Positions 58,551 to 64,000 of a stretch of 64,000 nucleotides of DNA are shown here, piece by piece (within the stretch, counting starts at the first letter, position 1; each line of letters opens with the position of its first letter). Origin of the DNA: Acidimicrobiia bacterium (GTDB taxonomy: Bacteria > Actinomycetota > Acidimicrobiia > Spongiisociales > ZC4RG35); NCBI GenBank assembly GCA_036555105.1, contig DATBMA010000031.1, positions 1,325-65,324 on the forward strand, read 5' to 3'. The notes under the pieces were generated by a model. It did not search any database, was not told the origin of the DNA, and worked only from the letters and a program-made list of their open reading frames with translations. The position numbers and the translations under genes were made by a program.

Positions 58551-58583
58551 CCCGGAGCCCGAGGGCTCCGGGTTTCTTCATTT
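58551..58583 (+). terminator. attenuator terminator hairpin with U-tract
   Basis: CCCGGAGCC-CGAG-GGCTCCGGG is followed by TTTCTTCATTT. The upstream segment GGGCCCGGGT (58509-58518) can pair with the same 5' arm as an antiterminator. Confidence 0.6.
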
Positions 58584-58614
58584 CCGGCGCCCCATGAGAC
58601 AGCAGGAGATAGCC

Positions 58615-59676
58615 GTGGAACGAAGAGCCGCCAGGATCGATTCCGGTCCGACTTCGGTCGTGACCGTTGGACGGGTGCGAATCGGTCAGGACCCCTTCCC
58701 CGTGTTGGCCGGTCCCCACACGGTCCGATCGGAGCGCCAGATCAGAGAGCTGGCTGCCATGGCGGTTGACCACGGCGCCGCCGTCCTCCGCAGTCGCACG
58801 TTCCTGGCTCCGCACATGCCGCCGGGGTCGGTCCCGCCGAATGGCGACGCCATCGAGCAACTGGAGGCGGCAGGAAGGGAAGTAGGGCTGCCAACCGCCA
58901 CCCAGGTTCACGACACCCGGCAGGCCCATAGGGCGGCAGCAATGGTCGATCTGATCGAGGTCGGCTCGCAACGCATGCAGGACTTCGAGCTGCTCAAGAC
59001 CCTGGGACGGATCGAGAAGCCGGTGATGCTGCGCCGTGGCCAATCCGCCACGCTCGACGAGCTCCTGTGGGCGGCCGAGTACCTGTTGGCGGAGGGCAAC
59101 TCCGACGTCATCCTGGTCGAGCGCGGCATTCGCACGTTCGCCGGAGCGGAGTCGGCGACGCTCGACCTTGGGGCGTTGCCCAAGCTGCGGGAGATGACCC
59201 ACTTGCCGGTGCTGGTGGACCCAAGTCATGCGAGCGGCGCTGCCGCCCGTCTGCAGCCTCTGGCGCTTGCTGCACAAGGCGTCGGCGCAGATGGGCTCAT
59301 CCTGCAGATCGCCGATGGCTCGTCGACCTCCGTGCCTCTGGAGCTAGACCGCACCAGCTTCGCCGATCTCATGACGGCCCTCGGGATCGAGCGGCTGCGG
59401 GACCGGATCGACTTGATCGACCGCCACATCGTTCGGCTCCTCTCTCGACGCCAGGACCTGGCACTTGAAATCGGGGTGGCAAAGATGCTGCAGGGGATGC
59501 CGATTCAAATCCCCGAGCGCGAGCGAAAGCTGCTCTCCGACCTCGAGGACGAGGCTGTGCACTGGGGGGTCGACATCGGGCACGTGCGAGCCCTCTTCAC
59601 GCTGGTCCTGGCAGAGTCGCGTCGCCTGCAGCACGAGATGCGAGATGCGGAGAAAGATCTCCTGGTAGGGGAGTGA
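58615..59676 (+). CDS. DAHP-synthase-like (type I-beta fold, catalytic residues substituted) fused to AroQ chorismate mutase
   Basis: GTG 58615 is preceded by AGGAG at 6-nt spacing; an alternative ATG lies at 58594. The N-domain has ..LAGPHTVRS..ERGIRTF..VLVDPSHA... The C-domain has LRDRIDLIDRHIVRLLSRRQ..VAKM..PERERK..AESRRLQ. Confidence 0.8.
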   Translation: MERRAARIDSGPTSVVTVGRVRIGQDPFPVLAGPHTVRSERQIRELAAMAVDHGAAVLRSRTFLAPHMPPGSVPPNGDAIEQLEAAGREVGLPTATQVHDTRQAHRAAAMVDLIEVGSQRMQDFELLKTLGRIEKPVMLRRGQSATLDELLWAAEYLLAEGNSDVILVERGIRTFAGAESATLDLGALPKLREMTHLPVLVDPSHASGAAARLQPLALAAQGVGADGLILQIADGSSTSVPLELDRTSFADLMTALGIERLRDRIDLIDRHIVRLLSRRQDLALEIGVAKMLQGMPIQIPERERKLLSDLEDEAVHWGVDIGHVRALFTLVLAESRRLQHEMRDAEKDLLVGE

Positions 59677-59759
59677 GGCCGAATACGCCTGCGACTTAGG
59701 CTGGCAGGATCGCTCGACTGCCCATCCTCGATGCCGGCGAAACCCGCCTGGCCCTGCCG

Positions 59760-60563
59760 ATGGAGCTAGCCATCGAGGCAATGGAGCTTGCCTTCTCTGA
59801 CGATCGCGAGGTGCCGGTTCGCTCCGCGGTGGGAGGAGTGTTGTTCATGCCGGGAAGGGTCGGCCCTCACCTGGGTCTCAAATCGGTCTCCACCGTCCCC
59901 GGCAATCCAGCCGGCATTGTGGTGCTGTTCGCACCAGACGGCTCGCCGGTTGGAATAGTCGACGGGCCCACGCTGACCGCCATCCGGACCGGGGCCGCGG
60001 CGGGCCTGGCGACTCGGCTCATGTCACCCCCGGAGGCAAGGGTCCTCGCCCTCCTGGGGGCCGGGGCAATGGCGGCGGATCAGGTGGCCGCGATCAGAGC
60101 CGTGCGTACGATCGAGCGCCTCTTGATATGGAGTCGGAACCCCGACCGGGCACGGGAGAAGGCCAAAGAACTGGGTGGCGAGGCCGTAGCCGATCCGCGC
60201 ACAGCGGTGAGCCAGGCAGACGTCATCAGCACGGTGACGCCTTCTGCCTCTCCGCTGTTCGGGGACTCCGACCTCGTGGCGAATGTGCACATCAACGCCA
60301 TGGGAGCTTTTACACCCGCCATGGTCGAGGTCCCCTCTGACACCGTCCGCCGCTCACTTGTGGTGGTCGACGACCTCGAGGCAGCCGCCGCCGAAGCCGG
60401 CGACCTTCTGCAGGCGGGACGCGTGGCTGATGGCACTATCTCCGACCTCTTGTCCGGACGGCTGTCGGTCTCGGGTGGAAGACCGACCCTGTTCAAGTCC
60501 GTCGGCATCGCCAGCCAGGACGTGGCGGCTGCTGCTGCCGCGCTGGGAGTCTTGAGAAGGTGA
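59760..60563 (+). CDS. ornithine cyclodeaminase / mu-crystallin family protein
   Basis: Contains TAIRTGAAAGLATRL, LGAGAMAADQVAAI (Rossmann) and HINAMGAF. Family-like N-terminal residues continue upstream of the ATG (see findings). Confidence 0.75.
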   Translation: MELAIEAMELAFSDDREVPVRSAVGGVLFMPGRVGPHLGLKSVSTVPGNPAGIVVLFAPDGSPVGIVDGPTLTAIRTGAAAGLATRLMSPPEARVLALLGAGAMAADQVAAIRAVRTIERLLIWSRNPDRAREKAKELGGEAVADPRTAVSQADVISTVTPSASPLFGDSDLVANVHINAMGAFTPAMVEVPSDTVRRSLVVVDDLEAAAAEAGDLLQAGRVADGTISDLLSGRLSVSGGRPTLFKSVGIASQDVAAAAAALGVLRR

Positions 60564-60615
60564 GACCGTGCGACCGTGAGACGGTGAGACCGTGAGACCG
60601 TGCGCCCGTGCGACC
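60560..60615. repeat. octamer tandem-repeat array H (7 units, single orientation)
   Basis: Units are GTGAGACC GTGCGACC GTGAGACG GTGAGACC GTGAGACC GTGCGCCC GTGCGACC. The array overlaps the OCD-like stop (TGA 60561) and ends at the base before the tyrA stop (60616). Confidence 0.9.
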
Positions 60616-61629
60616 TCAGATCACTGCCAGGCCTTCGGCCGCCAGCGCCGCCCGCAGTGCCGACTCCTCCTCGGGGCGGACCGACAGTGTCAGCACGCCG
60701 GCTCCGCCTTCTGTCGAGTGGCGGAGCTCGAGGTCGCGGAGGTCGACCCGGCTGGCAGCCAGAGCCATGCCGACTCTGGCAACCTCCCCAGGCCGGTCAT
60801 CCAGCATGACCCTGAGGGCTGCCACCGGCGCCGCCAGACTGCGTCGTGCGGCTGAGGCAGCCTCCAGGTCGGCTCGGATGGCCGCCTGGTCGCCTGACTC
60901 GATGAGGCCCGCCCATTGATCGAGATCGGCGGCCAGGGCGCGCAGATGGCGGGCCACGGAGGCGGAGTTGCCGGTCAGGATCTCGGGCCACCATGACGTG
61001 TCGGAGGCGGCGACCCGGGTGATGTCCCGGAAACCCCCGGCCGCCAGCTGTCTGGCAACGGCGCCATCTACCTGTCCGACCATGGCTGAGGCCACCACCT
61101 GGGGGAGGTGGCTGACCGCGGCCACCGCCTCATCGTGGTCGGCGGCGCTCATCAGCAACGGGATGGCCCCGAAGCTCGCAACCACCTCCCCGACCTTGTC
61201 CAGGTCGGCGCCGTCTGCGCCGTCGGTGGTGAGGATCCACGATGCTCCCCGGAACATCGTCGGGGTCGAGCGGTCTGGGCCCGAGGTCTCCCTGCCTGCC
61301 ATCGGGTGGCCGCCAACGAACCGGGTCGAGCCTGCTGACTTCACCACCGGGGCCTTTACCCCCGCCACGTCGGTAGCCAGCTTTCCCACCGGCACCCTTG
61401 GCAGCTGTTCAAGGATCGCCTTCAGCGGCCCGCACAGGAATACGAGTTCGGCCGACCTGATGGCCTGCTCCTCGGAGGCGGCCTCCTCAACCGCTCCACG
61501 CCGGGCGGCGGCAGTGAGGGCATCAGGATCCGCATCCCAACCAAACACGTTCCATCCGGCGGCCCTCAGAGCGAGGCCGACCGAGGCCCCGATCAGGCCG
61601 GTCCCGATTACGGCGGCGTCACCCTCCAT
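60616..61629 (-). CDS. tyrA: prephenate dehydrogenase with C-terminal ACT domain
   Basis: The start is ATG 61629. Has the Rossmann motif AVIGTGLIGASVG. The last 11 nt of pheA (61619-61629) overlap the tyrA start. Confidence 0.85.
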   Translation of the reverse strand: MEGDAAVIGTGLIGASVGLALRAAGWNVFGWDADPDALTAAARRGAVEEAASEEQAIRSAELVFLCGPLKAILEQLPRVPVGKLATDVAGVKAPVVKSAGSTRFVGGHPMAGRETSGPDRSTPTMFRGASWILTTDGADGADLDKVGEVVASFGAIPLLMSAADHDEAVAAVSHLPQVVASAMVGQVDGAVARQLAAGGFRDITRVAASDTSWWPEILTGNSASVARHLRALAADLDQWAGLIESGDQAAIRADLEAASAARRSLAAPVAALRVMLDDRPGEVARVGMALAASRVDLRDLELRHSTEGGAGVLTLSVRPEEESALRAALAAEGLAVI

Positions 61630-62455
61630 CCGGAGCACTTCCCTCGTGGGTCGCCGCCCGGTAGGTGCCCAGGATGTGGAGATCGGCGATGGTGGTAGGG
61701 AGTGGGTCGAATATCGCCTGCCGGCCAGTCTCACCGGGGGGATGCAACAAGTCGACGAAGAAGCGGTAGCGCCAGGCAGCCTCGCTGGGCCGTGACTCGA
61801 TCCTGGTGAGGTTGGCGCCGCGCAGACCCAAGTCCGTCAGCACCAGCGCCAGGGCGCCTGGCCGATGGAGTGTTGTGAAGGCAATTGAGGTCTTGTCGGC
61901 GTCGTCGGGGACGGGCTGGGGTGAGGGGGCCACGACCACGAACCGAGTCGTGTTGTGCTCCTGATCGATCACATCGCGCTGCAGGACCTCGAGGCCGAAG
62001 CGCCCGGCGGCCGCCTCAGGGGCGAGGGCGGCGAGAGCGGGGTCGGCCAGCTCGGCAACTTCTCTGACCGCACCCGCAGTGTCGTGGGTTGGGCGCGGGT
62101 ACCACCCACGCTCGGCGATGACCGTCTCCGCCTGGGCCAGGGCCTCCGGATGGGACAGGACCTGGCGGATCGAGCCGAGTCCGGCGCCGGGAAGGCCGAG
62201 CAGCGAGTGCCGGACCTCCACCAGATGCTCGGCGACTATCTGGACGCGGCCCGGCAACAGCCGGTCGAGCACCGCCAGCACACTCCCCGTCGAGGAGTTC
62301 TCGATCGGTACGACCAGCCGCTCGATCTCACCGGCCGCCAGCGCCTTGAAGGACATCGGGAAGCTCTCGAGGCCGATCAGGTCGGCGCCGGCGAACAACG
62401 ACTCGGCTGCCTGGTGGGAGTAGGAGAGCTCCTCGCCCTGGTAGCCGACTCGCAC
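61619..62455 (-). CDS. pheA: prephenate dehydratase
   Basis: Has a PDT domain (VGYQGEELSYSHQAA..PIENSSTGSV) and an ACT domain (KTSIAF..PGAL..ANLTRIESRP). Confidence 0.9.
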   Translation of the reverse strand: MRVGYQGEELSYSHQAAESLFAGADLIGLESFPMSFKALAAGEIERLVVPIENSSTGSVLAVLDRLLPGRVQIVAEHLVEVRHSLLGLPGAGLGSIRQVLSHPEALAQAETVIAERGWYPRPTHDTAGAVREVAELADPALAALAPEAAAGRFGLEVLQRDVIDQEHNTTRFVVVAPSPQPVPDDADKTSIAFTTLHRPGALALVLTDLGLRGANLTRIESRPSEAAWRYRFFVDLLHPPGETGRQAIFDPLPTTIADLHILGTYRAATHEGSAPDGG

Positions 62456-62464
62456 TGCGGCCCT

Positions 62465-62668
62465 TCAGGCCGAGAGCGTGATGGCGCCGAGAAGCCGGTT
62501 GGAGGCAGCGGTTATCTCCTCGACGGCTCGATCGAACGCCTCTGTGTTACGGCGTGAGGGTTTGCGGTAGCCGGAGATCTTCCGAACGAACTGCAGGGCG
62601 GCCTCTTGGACCTCTTCTGGCGAGGCAGCCCCCTCGGCATCACGCAGGACCTTGATGGAACGGCACAT
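62465..62668 (-). CDS. DUF2277 domain protein
   Basis: This 67-aa protein begins MCRSIKVLR.., the typical start of that family. Confidence 0.65.
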   Translation of the reverse strand: MCRSIKVLRDAEGAASPEEVQEAALQFVRKISGYRKPSRRNTEAFDRAVEEITAASNRLLGAITLSA

Positions 62669-62736
62669 GCCCGCACAGTACCCAGCCGCGCAAGCTCCCT
62701 GGCCGGTTGGGTTCCAGCCAATAGACTTCCCGTCTC

Positions 62737-63678
62737 ATGGGAGTCGGCGCAGCCATATTCATAGCGATAGCAGCACTGGTCATCGTCTCCGTCGTCTTGT
62801 CGCGCAGGCGCAAGAAGCTGATGGACGAGCTGGGAATCGAGAAGCCCAAGCGAGGAGCGCCGCCGCCTGCCCCCCTTCCCACCTTCGACGTCGTGCGCCC
62901 GCATCCGCCGGTCACGGCGTTCCATGTCGAGGGCGACGCCGCCACCGTCCAATTCGACGTCCCTTTGGGTGAGGCGATCGACCCGATACTTTCGGAGGTC
63001 TTGCTGGATGAGGCCATCGAGGTGGTCAGGGAGAAGAGCCATGCGCTTCCGATCTCCGGGGTCAGCCAGGTAGTGGTGCTGGCCGGGCGGGGGGAGTCAA
63101 GGGAGGTAGCCCGCACCAAGCTCGAGCACCCAGGGCAGCTCCCGCCCCTCAGCGAGGCCGCCTCCATCCTCAACCTTTCGGCGATCGCTCCCGATCCCCT
63201 CTCAGACAGCTGGACGGCCACCGCCACCATCCCGGAAACCGCTACACGGGTCCGAGAAGACCACCTCGGCCCGGTCGGCACCGAGCTGCAGATTCCGACT
63301 GCGATCGACACGGGCTTGAGGGCGCAAGGGATCGATCCCACCACCGCCGGTCCTGCCGACCTGCTGACAGGGATCCTCAGGATGTTCGGCTACTCGATCA
63401 CTCCCTCCGGGCCGGGGGCCTTCTATGCAGATCGAGCAGGTGAGAGGACCTTCATTCTCGAGGACCCCTACGCCGCCGGCGACTACACGGAGATGGACCC
63501 GGCTGCGATTCGCAGGTTCGTGGCCGAGTTCGAGAGCTCCAAAGCCGCCAAAGGAATCTTCGTGAGTGACAAATACGCCCCATTCGAGATCTACGAGTGG
63601 GAGCGCCGCGACCCTCGGATCCGATTCATCCCCCGGGAGCGCATGCAGAAAGTGATCGACGCCCTCGCCCTGTCCTAG
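62737..63678 (+). CDS. membrane-anchored protein with C-terminal restriction-endonuclease-like (Mrr_cat-like, degenerate) domain
   Basis: An N-terminal TM followed by RRRKK and a Pro-rich linker leads to a C-terminal region of about 110 aa (LLTGILRMFGY..FILEDPY..GIFVSDKY..) that resembles the Mrr-type nuclease fold. Confidence 0.45.
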   Translation: MGVGAAIFIAIAALVIVSVVLSRRRKKLMDELGIEKPKRGAPPPAPLPTFDVVRPHPPVTAFHVEGDAATVQFDVPLGEAIDPILSEVLLDEAIEVVREKSHALPISGVSQVVVLAGRGESREVARTKLEHPGQLPPLSEAASILNLSAIAPDPLSDSWTATATIPETATRVREDHLGPVGTELQIPTAIDTGLRAQGIDPTTAGPADLLTGILRMFGYSITPSGPGAFYADRAGERTFILEDPYAAGDYTEMDPAAIRRFVAEFESSKAAKGIFVSDKYAPFEIYEWERRDPRIRFIPRERMQKVIDALALS

Positions 63679-63736
63679 CGTCTCGGATCAATTGGCCCCA
63701 CTAGGGGTAGGATGGACTCGGAAGGAGGGCAACCCA

Positions 63737-63949
63737 ATGCCCAAAGGCATGGAGTGGCTGATCATCCTCTTGGTAGTCCTGTTGCTGTTCGGGGCACGCA
63801 AGCTGCCCGACCTGGCGCGCTCGCTCGGGAGCTCGGCAAAAGAATTCCGCAAGGGCCTCGACGAGGGTGCCAAGGAAAGCCCTGTTGAAGAGTTGGTGAC
63901 AGAGCCTCCAGCTGAAGAGGTGGAGGAACCCAAGGACCTGGGCCCCTAG
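63737..63949 (+). CDS. tatA: twin-arginine translocase subunit TatA/E
   Basis: SD GGAAGGAGGG lies upstream. The sequence is MPKGMEWLIILLVVLLLFGARKLPDLARSLG, then an amphipathic helix and an acidic tail. Confidence 0.9.
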   Translation: MPKGMEWLIILLVVLLLFGARKLPDLARSLGSSAKEFRKGLDEGAKESPVEELVTEPPAEEVEEPKDLGP

Positions 63950-64000
63950 ATCGAGGCGAGAGCCTCCCCGTAGCGCTCGAACTCCCTGGGAATCCCGGTC
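63946..64000 (-). CDS. 3' end of an unidentified convergent gene (..GIPREFERYGEALASI*)
   Basis: The reverse-strand frame stays open to the window edge and ends at the TAG complementary to 63946-63948. Only 17 codons are visible. Confidence 0.25.
   Translation of the reverse strand, partial: TGIPREFERYGEALASI

Overview
This 64 kb window looks like a high-GC Actinomycetota chromosome, possibly Acidimicrobiia-like; that assignment is inferred only from protein style and Thr-rich linkers. It is almost entirely core genome. Gene order parallels the mycobacterial regions tilS-hpt-ftsH-folE-folP-folB-folK, panC-coaX, lysS, clpC1, and disA, carD-ispF-cysS-rlmB. After these come transporters (a BMP-type ABC, a Liv-type ABC, a DrrAB-like ABC, two AI-2E, an MscS and an APC permease). 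Then come WS/DGAT, an aromatic amino-acid cluster (DAHPS-like/chorismate mutase, OCD-like, tyrA, pheA) and tatA. There are three tRNAs: Thr-CGT, Thr-TGT and Arg-CCT. I saw no CRISPR array, integrase, transposase or recognisable defence island, so I cannot point to a multi-gene novel system. The observations I rate highest are these. (1) An unlisted 19-codon leader ORF (..FFYYAFTW..) with competing antiterminator and terminator hairpins sits in front of a chorismate-mutase gene whose DAHP-synthase-like domain has lost its catalytic signature. (2) A family of strict 8-bp-register tandem repeats (GTCGCACG/GTCTCACG/GTCTCGAG and complements) abuts stop codons at eight loci. (3) The folate operon carries a ClpC-N-domain::FolB fusion, a Cys-less phosphatase-like gene and a FolK::ICMT-like membrane fusion. 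(4) A tRNA-Thr ends 3 nt before the start codon of an ECF sigma gene. (5) There is a tandem pair of degenerate GGDEF-like paralogues. (6) The 3' half of tRNA-Arg is tandemly duplicated. All family calls rest on motifs read by eye and recalled from memory; no searches or folding programs were run.
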